In this document: piece after piece, positions 12,131 through 26,370 of the stretch
How the letters are laid out: each line of letters starts with the position of its first letter
How positions within the stretch are numbered: position 1 is the stretch's first letter
Assembly: GCF_006345805.1 (NCBI RefSeq)
Contig: NC_043012.1
Coordinates: 17,422,001 to 17,486,000 of the forward strand
DNA: 64,000 nucleotides
DNA from: Octopus sinensis
Lineage: Eukaryota
Direction: 5' to 3'
Translations under genes and position numbers: made by a program
Notes under the pieces: model-generated
Databases searched by the model: none
What the model was told of the DNA's origin: nothing
Seen by the model: only the letters and a program-made list of their open reading frames with translations

Positions 12131-12269
12131 ATATTTGTATATATATAGCCGAAGTAACAGAGTGGCCTAAGGTTCGAGAGTATCGTGCGTGGGCACTTAT
12201 CAAACAATATTAGGATACAAACATACGTGAGTGTGATTGTCTTTATTCAAGACGGGATTCCACACAGGC

Positions 12270-12770
12270 TTCGTTAACTAAATCCACTGAGAAATGTGTG
12301 GAAGGCCCGGGTCTATAGTAGAATACACTTGCCCAAGGTGCTGTGGCTGCAAAGTGAGCTTTTTGAGCACAAGCCATCCTAGAATCTTCTTCCCAACCAT
12401 ATGTTCAATCCCACTCCATGTTAACTTAGTATGCCGCATTCTACTTTAGACATGAGCCGACCAAATCCTTGTGAGTAAATTTAGTTGATAGGATCTGAAA
12501 GCTGACAGAAGCCCATCGTATATGTATAGAATATATCTCTGTGTATCTCTATGTGCCTGTTTGTGTTTTTCCTAAACCCTCACTTGGCAACCGATGTTGA
12601 TGTTTGTACGTCTAGTTAAGCTAGCGATTCGACAAATGAGACTGATGGATTAAGTACCAGATTTAAAAGAAAAATAAGTGCAAGAATCGATTTGTCCAAC
12701 TAAACCTTTCAAGGCGGTGAACCAACATGGCTGCAGTCCAATAACTTAAACAAGTAAAAGATGAGATATA
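12270..12770. mobile_element. Old SINE family A pieces in both orientations
   Basis: Minus-strand head fragment ~12270-12380; plus-strand body and tail ~12400-12770 ending ACAAGTAAAAGA. Confidence 0.55.
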
Positions 12771-12779
12771 TATATATAC

Positions 12780-12826
<47 letters not shown>

Positions 12827-12924
12827 AATACATACATACATATATATACATATATATATATCGATACATACATATATATACATATATGTATGTATATATA
12901 TATATATAATATATATATATATAT

Positions 12925-12977
<53 letters not shown>

Positions 12978-12982
12978 TATAC

Positions 12983-13084
<102 letters not shown>

Positions 13085-13656
13085 CTTACAAGCAGAAACA
13101 CACACGCACACGCACATACACATATACACGCGTGTAGTTACGTCTTTTAAAGCCAAAACTGTGTATGTCGTAAGTCGAAACTTTGTACTCCTTCAGTATA
13201 TTTCGAGATTAGGATGAAGTGTACCGGAAACCTTAGGAGAAGTGGAATTGAGGGCTGACAACTCCATTTCCCTGAAGATATCCTTGTGATACAAGCTAAA
13301 AGTACAAACAAACAATCGACTTGTAGTATTTCTTATCATTTGCATTGTTTGGGGTTTTTAAAAAAACTAAAATCTCATGTATATAGCAGACAATGCTTCA
13401 AGCGCAAAATTATACTACTTTTTTTTCTGCTTGTTTATCTCGCTTTTGTTAATATACCTACCTACCTACCTCCCTACCTACCAACCTACCTACTTACCTA
13501 CCTACCTACATACATACATACATACCAACCTAGCTACTTACCTACCTACCTACCTACCTACCTACCTACCTACCTACCTACCTACCTGCCTACCTGCCTA
13601 CCTAACTATCTACCTACCTACATACATACATATATACATACATGCATGCATACGTA

Positions 13657-13704
<48 letters not shown>

Positions 13705-14045
13705 CATATACATTTAATAATATAAATAATATATAATTATATGCATATATACTACATACATATATGTACAAACCTACATATATATGTATATATTGATGAA
13801 TATATGAATAGACGACATAAGAAAAAACGTGAACAAAATGAAAAACGGGAACATAAAAAAAAACAAAAACGTGGAAAACGAACTGCTTTTTCTAACAACG
13901 AAAGAAATAGATAGAGAAACGAGTCGAGCGACATAAAGAACATGCCCTTCATCAGTCGTCCTTTGTTTTATCTACTCCGCGTTTCGATACACACACACAC
14001 ACACAAGCACACACACACAAAAACACACACACATACACACACACA

Positions 14046-14079
<34 letters not shown>

Positions 14080-14769
14080 TAATGAACTGTTTTGTTTCAG
14101 CATCCTTTTGCATATGGAACACGCCGCATTTCATGTATAAATCACCATAATTTTGAGACTAACTTGTGGAGCAAATGATATACTATGCGTCTTGATTCAG
14201 TTATACATTTCCCTATATGTATATGTATGTGCATATGTGTGCGTATGTGTACATGTGTGCGTAAATGTGTGTACGTGTGTATATATATATATATATATAT
14301 ATATGTGCGTATGTGCACACATGTACACACAGATAATTATCAGGAAGTGCTTGTGCGTTTTCTTATTTAATATCTTACAAGGTAGAGAACTTTGTGGTTA
14401 CTTTTACTACCTTTATAAGCCAGGAGGATATTTTGTACAAACGAGTTCATTTCGTTCCTCTAGTTTGTTCGCTTATAATAAACTCTTCGTGGCTTCCAGT
14501 TACTTATAGTAAGGTTTCACAAGACCTACTCATCTATGTTGCTTTTGTGATTAATAGGTCTGTCTATCAGTCATCACTTGCTGGTGGGTAACTGAAGGCA
14601 AATTATTGCGTACACTTCCATTTAATATACACTATATCATAAAATGTTTGATCATTACTGCAACTAATTTCTAATTATGTGTAGCGTACTGGCAATGAAG
14701 AACTGCCTCGGGTACATGACTCAACTGCGCCTTTTTGTGTTTTATGTGTCGCTTTTATTTTAAAGAAGT

Positions 14770-14990
14770 AGGTACGTGGCCCCGTGGTTAGAGTGTCGAA
14801 TCCACGGTCGCAAGATCGTGGTTTCAATTCCCGTACCTGACATTGTGTTGCATTCTCGGGCAAAAAGCTACAGTTCGCTTTGCTCCGGTCTGGTCCATTG
14901 TAACTGAATAACCCTGCAACGAACTTGCATCCCGTTCACAGGTTTGTTTTGATATCGGTCATTTAGACGCTATGAAAATCGGCCCTCTGT
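14770..14990 (+). mobile_element. tRNA-derived SINE family C, diverged
   Basis: TGGCCCCGTGGTTAGAG (A box), GGTTTCAATTCCC (B box); body similar to the 45155 copy. Confidence 0.55.
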
Positions 14991-15064
14991 GTTCTGCAAG
15001 TTCAGAAACTACTAATTTCCTTAGTCTAAACAAATCCCCGCCCCCACACACACAGACACACACT

Positions 15065-15119
<55 letters not shown>

Positions 15120-16001
15120 AAAATCATTAGGAATGTCTTCTTGCATAGACCAATTCAATGGATGCCCTTTATCGTCAAGTTGTTGCGATTTGAACTACCC
15201 ACTCGAACGCGAACCCCATTGAACTGTACTCTGGCTCTTTTTCGTTAACATTGTGTTTTGTTAATACGGTGTATTTTAATTCCTATTCGTAGCTGCGAAA
15301 AAGAGTGCGGCTATTTGAGCCTCAATTTGTGTTCTGTTTTCTCTGAAAATAGTATAGCGACAACATCATTTGTGAATCATTGGCTTCTCTCTCTTGGTTA
15401 ACCTCACAGACTCACAAACACTAGCTTGCTTCAATGCAGCACATACATACGATGCAGCAAACAAAGACGCACACACGTACAGACACACTGGCACTGATAT
15501 ACACTGATATATTTCCACACAAATGCATACACATACAAACACACATACACCATATACACACAAGTATATACACATACTGGCAGACACATATACGTATATA
15601 TATATATATATATAATATATATATATAATATATATATATATAAACACACGCAGAGAAACAGTGATGCGAACAGATATATAATTTGCAACACCGTTTAGAA
15701 CAGACGTACATACACAGAGGTATATACAAGTGGAAAACTTAAGACACATACAGATACGTGATCAAATATGTCAGTTCATTGAACCCAATGTAAAAATGTT
15801 TGGTGAACCTTGAAATGGATAAGATAAGCTAAGATGAGCTAAAATAGCTGGAGTTTAAAACAGGGACCATACAAAGGAGAAGGAAGCTTTTCGCTTTGTC
15901 ACTGGTCGAAATGTAGCGGCCAGAATAATATAATTTTTTTTTGTATGTTAATCTTCTGCTGCAGCTGTGTGTGTGTGTGTGTACATATATATGTATGTAT
16001 C

Positions 16002-16097
<96 letters not shown>

Positions 16098-16098
16098 C

Positions 16099-16243
<145 letters not shown>

Positions 16244-16651
16244 TATGCCCTTTTAGATGTTTGTGTGACACCAACTTCCTTGCTTTGTATTTCACGATTG
16301 CCATATTGTAATGATTCTTGACGCGTGAAATCACATTTGATCCTCACGTAAGACATTTTGGAGAAACTTAACATGGTATTTGTGTGAATGAATGCTTGTA
16401 CATGCGTACAAACATGTGTACAATCCAATGCATACGCCCACCACTCACACATCTTTACATCAGCGAACACGCAAATACATACAGACACACACACACACAC
16501 ACACACATGTAAGTGTAGCCATATTGCCATCTCGTTTTCCATGCGTAGATTATATGTTTGTATATGTATGCTACTGTGCGCGCTATGTGTGAGTGTGTAG
16601 ATATATTTATATGCTGATAAAGAGACATATATACATATATATACATGCGTA

Positions 16652-16842
16652 TACCAAGTGATGCTGAAAAGTTCGTGGCTTTGAGTAAAACGAAACATCT
16701 ACAGGAGGATCAGTTAATTCCCTTCTCAGATTCACACCATTATTGCAGCGGTTCTTCAGTTTTTCTAAGCCCTGTAAAAGAACTTGGAAAACTGGGCATC
16801 CAACCAGATTTTACGCGACACCCTTTTCAGCGCCCCCTCATA
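16652..16842. mobile_element. Mariner-derived MITE
   Basis: TA-bounded imperfect TIRs sharing GCTGAAAAG; ~190 bp; no ORF. Confidence 0.55.
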
Positions 16843-16848
16843 TGTGTT

Positions 16849-16884
<36 letters not shown>

Positions 16885-16905
16885 TGATTGTGTCTGCATA
16901 CCTAT

Positions 16906-17134
16906 TTCTTTATTACCCACAAGGGGCTAAACGCAGAGGGGACAAACAAGGACAGACATAGGTATTAAGTCGATTACATCGACCCCAGTGCGTAACTGGT
17001 ACTTAATTTATCGACCCCGAAAGGATGAAAGGCAAAGTCGACCTCGGCGGAATTTGAACTCACAACGTAACGCAGACGAAATACCGCTAAGCATTTCGCC
17101 CGGCGTGCTAACGTTTCTGCCAGCTCGCCGCCTT
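16906..17134 (-). mobile_element. tRNA-derived SINE family B, full length
   Basis: Head AAGGCGGCGAGCTGGCAGAAACGTTAGC..GAGTTCAAATTCC; body GCCTTTCATCCTTTCGGGGTCGATAAATTAAGTACCAG; second copy at 37.3 kb. Confidence 0.85.
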
Positions 17135-17308
17135 TGTGTCTGTATACCTGTCTATGGGAAATACGAGTTCGTGTTTTAAGGGCAGCCGTCGACTTTTTCT
17201 GTTCAAAACGGGTTTTCATCCCAACTTTTTCATGCCATTATTTGTTGCTTTACATGTGCTTCGAAATCCATTCCAGAAAAAAATTGTACATACATACATA
17301 CCGACATA

Positions 17309-17361
<53 letters not shown>

Positions 17362-17768
17362 ACACACACACGAAAGTTACTGTCCGAAAAGAAACCATTT
17401 AAAATCGTTCGCCTACAAAGTGGACGCAGTGTGCTTGCGACTCTATTGGTGTTTACGGTTGATGTTTACATTTTATCTAATAAGAGCAATGACAGTTAGG
17501 CACCGATCTAAACGTGTTTGAAAGAACATGTTTATTGCCTTTGGCAATTTATTGTATGTTGAGCAATGACTGCTTTTTATGAGAAATCTGTTTGAGAGTG
17601 GACGGTGGCTTTGCAACCACGTCGCTTCAGGTCCAATCCGTCAACGTGACACCATTGGCCGGTATCTTTTAATATAGTCCTGGTCCGACAAATGCCTTGT
17701 TAGATAATTGTGCTGACAGAAACTTAAGGAAGCCCATGATATATGTGTATATATGTTGTTTGTGTATA

Positions 17769-17874
<106 letters not shown>

Positions 17875-17879
17875 ACATA

Positions 17880-18240
17880 GGCGCAGGAGTAGCTGTATGG
17901 TAAGAAGCTTGCTTCCCAACCACAAGGTTCCAGGTTTCAGTCCCACTGCGTAGCACCTTCGGCAAGTGTCTTGTGAATAGATTTGCTAGATGGAAACTGA
18001 AAGAAGCCCGTCGTATATATATGCTTATGTGTCTGTGTTTGTCCCCTTAGCATCCTACCATCGACGCTGGTGTGTTTACGTCCACATAACTTAGCGGTTC
18101 CGGAAAAGCACCGATAGGATATGTACTAAGCTTACAAAGAATGAGACCTGGGGATCGATCTCTTCGCCTAAATGTGATGCTCCAGCATGGCCGCAGTGAA
18201 ATGACTGAAACAATTCAAGTAAATTAAAAAGAATAAAAGA
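17880..18240 (+). mobile_element. SINE family A, full length
   Basis: GGCGCAGGAGTAGCTGTATGG..CAGGTTTCAGTCCC..GCTCCAGCATGGCCGCAGT..A-rich end. Confidence 0.85.
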
Positions 18241-18250
18241 ATATATATAT

Positions 18251-18295
<45 letters not shown>

Positions 18296-18339
18296 TGTCA
18301 TCTTTTATGTCGCTACCGTAAGGCTTCACTTCCACACAC

Positions 18340-18833
18340 GCCAGCATGATTTAATTCGTCTTTAGTCGAAAGATGTCCTGTTGTTTGCATTTGTATTCGT
18401 GTACCATTTCCCCGTTTTTTCCGTCCTTGTTTTCGTATACATTCGGTGCTTTCTTGCAAGGAATCTAGTGCTCTTAGCTTAGATTTTCCTTGGGGCTGCC
18501 CAGATTGGAGCAGTCTCGAGTATAACCAGCTGAAACTGCAAAGATAGTCTGGATCTCGACTGACGAAACAAAACTCTGAATGGCTCGTTCTTGTTTTTTC
18601 GTGTCTCTTTTTTGTATCATCTAACTGCCTGGATGTTTTGCTGTCACCTGTTTCGTCCTTGTCTTATTTTTTCTTGTATTCTTGTATAAACATACACAAA
18701 TGGAAACTGAAACACATGACCAATATATACACACACACTTTCAGACATGCACACACAAGGAGACAGAGGTACACATACACATATACAAAGACACACACAC
18801 ATACATGCATGCATACATACATACATACATACA

Positions 18834-18865
<32 letters not shown>

Positions 18866-19490
18866 AGCATATGTAGGCACACACACACACACTTACCCAC
18901 ACACATGCGAACAAACAAAAACAAAATATAGTGTGAATAACAGACAGAGTCAACGAAAATTTTAAAAGAATAAAAAGAAATAAGTGGAAATTTTAGCGAT
19001 GAGTGTGTTAAATTATAAGGCATTAAAATAGAATAACTCTCCCCAGACTAAACAGAATATGCTTCAACACACGAACTCACATTAATAATCTTGCAAATCA
19101 AATCCAAAAACGAAATATATGTATATATAAACATAATACAAACTGGGATAATCCAGATAGACGATACGAAGAAAACAAGCAAAAAAAAAGAGGGGAGAAC
19201 GTTACACAAATTCAAATAACAAGACATAACAACAAGTGTCTTTCGACTAAGGATAAATTGAGAGAAGGCGAGGAAATGTGAGAGAAGGGGAACGAAGCTC
19301 TTAGCTTAGTTTTTCCTCGGGGCTGGCCAGATTGGAACAATCCCGAGTATAACCAGCCGACTGAGGATAGAAAACTTCGGATGACCTGTCCTTGTTTTCT
19401 TTGTATCGTCTGTCTGGATATTTTGTCGTCCCTTTTTTTGTATCGCATAACTGTCTGGAGGTTTTGCGTTCTTGTCACATTTTGTATTTT
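18340..19490. repeat. Two related copies of an unclassified repeat (about 18340-18690 and 18930-19490)
   Basis: CTCTTAGCTTAG..GGGGCTG.CCAGATTGGA..GAGTATAACCAGC at 18472 and 19299 (direct); TTAGTCGAAAGA at 18362 and inverted at ~19240. Confidence 0.55.
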
Positions 19491-19571
19491 ATATATCTAA
19501 AAATATATAGTGGCGTACGTACACTTTGGTCTCTCTCTCTCTCTCTTTCTCCGTATATATAATATATATAT

Positions 19572-19606
<35 letters not shown>

Positions 19607-20306
19607 TAGTTATGCATATTTTGTAAGCCTTTGTGTTTGTGTTGTGTTTGTCCCCTTTCCCCCACCACTTGACAGCCAATATCTTTGCTTACGCCTCCAT
19701 ATGTCAGCAACCTGGCAAAGGACCCCAAAAGAGCATGTACGAGACATCAAAATAAGTAGCGTTGTCGAGATCTTCCACTAAACTCTTCATGATAGTGCCC
19801 CAGCGTGGCTAAATCCAATCAGTGAAACAAGTGTTTGATAAAAGATACAAGATAAAGATTCAGCAGAATTATTTATACAATGGTTAGAATCGTATGCAAT
19901 GTCACAGCAGGTATCGGCATTAATCAGATGTTTGTTCCGTGAAGAATGACGATCAATAAAGCATTTTACATGTATATCCGGAGATATTTGAGAACAGCAA
20001 TAACAATGGTAAAACAGACATTTGGTACTGTACCACGACAAAATACGAAGGGTATCTCTTTATCCTTTAAACTTTGATAAAATACGAGATAACTCTCGCT
20101 CACAGTAGATCTGCTCATTCGACTTACCTGCTGTTGGCGCATTAGTACTCTAAATGCTAAAATACACTTAAAGTATATATATATATATACATACATTCGG
20201 GCGAAGTACTCTCCAGGGTCCAATTTTATTGAATGGCGATGCCCCATCATGGCCACAGCTCATGAGCTGAAGCTAGATAAAATATAAAATATATATATAT
20301 ATATAA

Positions 20307-20356
<50 letters not shown>

Positions 20357-20357
20357 A

Positions 20358-20390
<33 letters not shown>

Positions 20391-20393
<3 letters not shown>

Positions 20394-20676
20394 GGCGCAA
20401 TGGGCCAGTGGTTAGGGCAGTAGACTCGCGGTCGGAGGATCGCTGTTTCGATTCCTAGACCGGGCGTTGTGCGTGTTTATTGAGCGAAAACACCTAAAGC
20501 TCCACGACCCCTTCTGTAATATTTCGCCGCAACTTTCTCTCACTCTTTCTTCTGTTGGCCTGCTCACTTAGCCAGCGGGGTGGCGTCATTTGAAGGTTAA
20601 AACAATGCTGAGCGCATTGTGACCAGCGATGTGTAGCAACATCTGCTAGCCTTGTCGGTCACGTGATCACGTGATA
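20391..20676 (+). mobile_element. tRNA-derived SINE family D
   Basis: TGGGCCAGTGGTTAGGGC (A), GTTTCGATTCC (B); tail ends CACGTGATCACGTGATA. Confidence 0.85.
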
Positions 20677-20990
20677 TATATATATATATTATATATATAT
20701 TTATATATATATATATATATATGTTTATATATTTTGCTTAGGCATAGGGTAACTAATAAACAGGTGTAGAAATCAATATACGTATGACTCAGAACACGAT
20801 GCTATAGGAATATACAGTAGTAATAGGAACAAAAAGACGACACCACAAAAAGAAATTCATTAGCTTAAAGGTTGTTTCTGCGATAAGATGTTAACCTGGT
20901 ACTCATCTAAGAGTACACCACATCTTAGAGTAGAAACGGCTGTAAGATAATGACTTTCATTATCTCTATGTTTTATATCTATCTATCTCA

Positions 20991-21036
<46 letters not shown>

Positions 21037-21167
21037 ATATATATATATATATATATATATATAGATGAGTGTATTTTTACCTTGTTAACAATTAACACGG
21101 AAAAAAAATAGTTACCAGGGCAGCAAAATATTTGATTACACCTGCCTTAACTCCATTTTTTTAATTC

Positions 21168-21233
<66 letters not shown>

Positions 21234-21260
21234 TATATATATATGTATATATATGTATAT

Positions 21261-21530
21261 GTGGAGTCGCAATGGCCCAGTTATTAGGGCAGCGGACTCG
21301 TGATCATAGGATCGCGGTTTCGATTCCCACATCGGGTGCTGTAAGTGTTTATTGAGCGAAAAGACATAAAGCCCCACACGCTTCCTGCGGAGGTGGGGTG
21401 GAGAACCTTGCTGTATTTTTTAACACCACACCTTTTTCTCGCTCTTTGTATTGTAGCTGTATTTCAAATGGCCAGTTTTGTCACACTGTCACTCTGAATC
21501 TCCTCGACATCTATGTTAAGGTTACACAGG
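21261..21530 (+). mobile_element. SINE with a family D head but a different 3' tail
   Basis: Head and body match family D, then diverge to CTGTATTTCAAATGGCC..GTCACACTGTCACTCTGAATCTCC..GTTAAGG. Confidence 0.65.
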
Positions 21531-21548
21531 CATACATATATACACACC

Positions 21549-21853
21549 ATATCACCGTGATCACCGTGACCGACCAGGCTATCAGATGTTTCTACACATC
21601 GCTGGTCACAATGTGCTTCGCATTGTTTTAGCCTTCAAATGACGCCACGCCGCTGGCTAAGCGAGCAGGCCAACAGAAGAGTGAGAGAAAGTTGTGGCGA
21701 AAGAGTACAGCAGGGATCGCCACCATCCCCTGCCGGAGCCTCGTGGAGCTTTAGGTGTTTCGCTCAATAAACACTCGCAAGGCCTGGTCTGGGAATCGAA
21801 ACCGCGATCCTCCGACCACGAGTCCGCTGCCTAACCACTGGGCCATTGCGCCA
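21549..21853 (-). mobile_element. SINE family D, full length
   Basis: Reverse complement of the 20391 copy. Confidence 0.9.
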
Positions 21854-24690
21854 CACACGTATATTCATGTTTACACTATACACACACATGTATGTATATA
21901 TTTATGTATGTATGTATGCACATGCGTTATACATACAGATAACGTATACACACATCTCATTAATAAATGTGTATGTGTGTACGTGCGTATGTACAACCAC
22001 GCACATTCACACGCAAACATATATCGTTTAAATAAGTGTGTGTGTGTGTGTGTATTTGTGTGGTGTATGCGTGTGTGTGAATACGCATAAACACACTGTC
22101 ACATATACGAGAGAGAAAGAAAACGGTGAAAGAAAACGGTGAAAGGAGACGGAAGTGGGGGATAGTGTCAGAGAGAGAGAGAGAGAAGCAGATAAAATGA
22201 GAAAGTTGAGGCTACAAATGAAGAAGGCAAAAATAGTAGGAAAAAGGCTGCCTTAAAATTTAATGATTTGAATTTTTGGACCAAGGCCTGAAATTCTGTC
22301 AGTACTCTCCGATAACAATTAAATCGGCAACCTACTGAATCTGTCACGAAATGCACTTTAAGAACAGCAACAACGTCTGCAGCAGCGGCACCACCACCAC
22401 CACCACCACAGACGCTGCCGCCACCGCCATGATGATGATGATGGTGATGATGGTGATGATTATGGACATGATGACGGCTTCTGTACATGTCATGAGTACA
22501 AACTTTTTGAGGAAATGCATGGTCGATTAACAAGGTAGGGTTAGAGAAAGTGAACGATGTGCTACAAGGAATTGAATTAACTAAACAAGAAGGGACAGAA
22601 ATCTCATTCTATGCCTATATGTGAAAGTTGCATGGAGAACAGCCACTCTTATAACGGGATCGATCTTCGCCATGACATACCTATCAAGTCTTAGGATTGC
22701 TGTCCTGATAGACGGTGTGCGTTGAGTGTCTGTTCCAGGCGGAGCACATTCCTTTCCTTCGTGGATCACAAAGAGAAACAAACACATAGATATACAGAGA
22801 GGGAGCGAGAGAGAGAGATAGAGAGAGGAAACGGGGAAAAGAGAGAAGAAAAGATGAAAAATAAGAAAAAGAGTAGCGGTAGGGAAAAGAGATGAATAAA
22901 GAAAAAGAAGAGGGTGAGAGAGAGATATAGTGTATGTGTCTGTGTGCATCCTAAGTATTGAAATGAAGTCCTACTTTATCGATCGAGAAAGGGAAAAGAA
23001 TCAATAGCGATTTTGTTGGAATTTAAATTCAGAGCTTAGAAAGCTAGAAGAAGTATCATGACAGCCTTTAACGACTGTCTTTTCACCATAGTACTTGAAG
23101 TCTATGAAGAAACTCCATAGATTTTCGATTTTCTGAGTATCCAGTGTAAGTGTTACTCATCAGCTGTATAGTAAGAAATACAGATCCATCAACCATTAAA
23201 CAAAATTTCTGGAAAGCAACACCTTCCTCTCCACCTTCAATCTCTACTACAGGGGCTGTTACGAACTTGTGTTCCCGGATCTTATCTATGAAAACATAGT
23301 TGAAGAGGAAATGGTCTGCCCACATTCCGCAGTGAAAACTAAAACATTTCTTGCACCTTAGCTACCAAATGCATGAAAGTGTCCACCATTTCTGCTCAAA
23401 CAAATATGGAAAGGTGATATTTATAGAAGTTGGATCAGCCCGGCACGAGACAACAGCAGTTGGTAATAAACCAAGAGATCAGGAAATCTCGGACACTAAA
23501 TGGCTTTGTGGAGAACGGTTTCATCTTCTATAACCTCCGATGAGACTGGTTGATACTTTCCTCATGTCTGTAGAGTCTATCCATAATTGACCTGGTCTAG
23601 TATTCTTCAAAAAAGCGAAGTGAGTTGACTCTCGTTTCTGTCCAGCGTCTTCCTGAAAACTTCGTTACTCCTCTGCAGCTCTAGATGATTAACTGAAAGT
23701 TCTGACGCAGTTTTCCACAAACTGAGGGATATTCGCCTCTGACATAATTCTTACTCATCGCTTGACCCAGGATTGCAGCTCTATTACAGATGATTGGAAA
23801 GGTGTACCTTACAAATGACGAACACATCTGCTCAACGTTAAGATGCCGCAGCGTGAACGCATATCTACTTAATCATAAATCTGACATAACAAATATACGC
23901 CAAAGAAAGGATTTTCAGAGCAGTACACCATCTAACAGGGTGACCATGCTCCTCCTTCCATAAGGAGCTTAGAGCATATGCTTTAATCTGGTCAGACCAA
24001 TACTGAGGCAAATCGTCAGGTAATGCTATATGACCTATACATTTGCTACCTCGCTTAGGCCCTGTCAGCTAAGTTCTTAGGTTTGCTACCTGGTAGTTTT
24101 GATTGAAGTAGAAATTAACATCTTACGCAGTCCGTCTATCCGGTGCCCAAAGTAAGAACCTTTCTCTCTCGATCCCCTGTAGCAAGCACAGCAACTTAGG
24201 GGGTTTAATTTTTGCTCTTCTAAATACCACGTCTTGCTTTGTAATAATGGTAGCTGCCTCAATCAGCGTGTGGTCCTAAGACATGGCGGTCCACCGCCGA
24301 CGCGAAATGTTATGTCGAACGGATTGTAATAGCTAGAGATTCAGAACAGAGAAATGGGAGTAGAAAGGACGCTTAAGGTGGACTCAGTGTGTAATCGAAA
24401 AGGTTCTGAAGAAGGAACATTCAATCTGACTACCGATCAGATATTGATAGAATCTACCTTTTGAAAATGGAACCGAAACTGACTTTACATAGGCTAGACG
24501 ACAGAAGTCTATAGAAAGCGGGTAGAACGAATGGTCAGACTCAGTCTTTAATTGTACACCGAATATATATGCGTACTTAAAACTATACCTACGTATACAA
24601 TTCTGATTTCAGGGTTAGCATATACGCATACACGCACGTACGTACATGCACACACACACACACACATACACACACGCGCGGAGAAACACA

Positions 24691-24744
<54 letters not shown>

Positions 24745-25376
24745 CGCGGAGAAACACAGACACACACGGACAAAGACACACACATATGTATACTCCAATA
24801 GCCAAAGTGCTAGACACTTCTTCTTACATAGTTGCTCTCTATTGGCTTTATGCCACTTTTTTTACACATAAATATTTTTGTAGACATCTTCAAATGAAAT
24901 TTTATTGTTGTCTAATCTATGTTTCTTCAAAATTGATATTTTGTTTACACCAAAACAGATAATTAGGAAAGTGAGACTATATAAAACTCTCGTATGTGTA
25001 AACAAATACACAGTTTGTTACTTCGCATTGAATTGTCGATCAGAAAGGACAAAAGATCATATCGTGTTTGTTAGTTAATTGACGCTGAGGCCTGACCACA
25101 TCACTTTCGGCAGTTGCTAACCGTCGGAACACAAACGCATCACATCTGCTAAGCGCTCAACCATTGACGATACTTGGAGCTGAACGTGTATCCATAATTT
25201 CTAACCATGACCGCTCTTCTTTTGATAGGCCTTACAATGTCATAGCAAAGGAAAGAAATATGATATGCCTTTCAACATATAGTCTGAAGATTCAACAAAA
25301 CCCGGAGAAGGAAAGTTTGCTAAACTCAAACGTTTTACAGAATGTAATACAAGAAGCAGGCTAAATAAACGTATGG

Positions 25377-25482
25377 CTTATCAAAAGATATTAGACGTCA
25401 TCAAAAGAATTTCAACTCCTGTTAACGTCTGACTTATCAAAAGATATTAGACGTCATCAAAAGAATTTCAACTCCTGTTAAC
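25377..25482. repeat. Perfect 50-bp direct duplication, period 56
   Basis: CTTATCAAAAGATATTAGACGTCATCAAAAGAATTTCAACTCCTGTTAAC at 25377 and 25433. Confidence 0.95.
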
Positions 25483-26196
25483 AGCTTGGGGGGTTCAATT
25501 TTAAGAGACGATTGTACGCTTCAGGGCTTTTGACAGAGAACTAAAAGGAAGAATATTATATTGGTTGAATCTTCTCCAAAGAAGAAAGCGTATTTTATAG
25601 TTCTGAGATGATGAAGCATAGACAGCACAAAATTAGTATAAAGTCTTATACCGTGCTGAGACGAAGATTTAAAAGAAAATATGCATCAACTATGTTAAGT
25701 AGTATAGAGAATACTGTGCTATTCTGTTATAATGCTCCAAATTGAATACATGTAGCTGTATATCAATTTATATACACTTGGTGAGTGTATATAGCAATAG
25801 AAATCTCATTGCGTAACATCTAGACCTTGTAAACAAGAAAAAGCGTTAATGTGCTGGTGTAGTCAACACAAACATAATTTGTGTCGGAAAGTATTACTGG
25901 TATGTTTGTCAACAAATTAACAGACAGTCCACTGTTACTTAATAATGTATGAAAGCCACACGCAGCTATAGCATTAAATTATAGCCTTGGTATAACAAAC
26001 GAATCCGGCACCAAATACGAAGTTGAGAATTTGGCATCATAGCTGAAGTTTTGAAAAACAGCAATGAACTATTTGGCGCTAAATACCCCTTTCCCTCAAT
26101 GCTCACTATGTATCTAACATGTATTTGCGGACGAGAGTAAGATATTTGACGAAGGCGAGCCGTTATGCATGCTACTCACTCGTTTCCCTGCTACAG

Positions 26197-26370
26197 ATGT
26201 ACACCCGGAAAAGGCTGCCAAATTCAGCCAACACATCACGGCAGTAGTATCGTTGCAAGCGTTGCTTTCACAACGCAAAGAGCCGGACAAAATACTGCCA
26301 AGCTTCTTACCTGATCTTTTAACGATTCTGAAATTGCTCCATTTCTTTGACCCAGCCAAAAGGACAGAAG
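26197..26370 (+). CDS. Candidate internal exon, 174 nt, phase 1-1, product unknown
   Basis: Acceptor CTCACTCGTTTCCCTGCTACAG, donor AAG|GTAATG, one open frame: DVHPEKAAKFSQHITAVVSLQALLSQRKEPDKILPSFLPDLLTILKLLHFFDPAKRTE. Confidence 0.3.

Noticed and set aside
18560-18600. CTGACGA in the 18-19 kb repeat as a hammerhead
   Set aside because: No stem II or correctly placed GAAA/NUH in either copy
19790-20030. Possible decayed LINE endonuclease (AELFIQWLESYAMSQQVS..)
   Set aside because: Resemblance is impressionistic, with many stops; cannot be supported without a search
22168-22533. Minus-strand ORF with poly-His/Gly/Ala resembling a transcription-factor linker
   Set aside because: Derived from (CAC)n/(GAT)n simple repeats; weak splice sites; no adjacent domain
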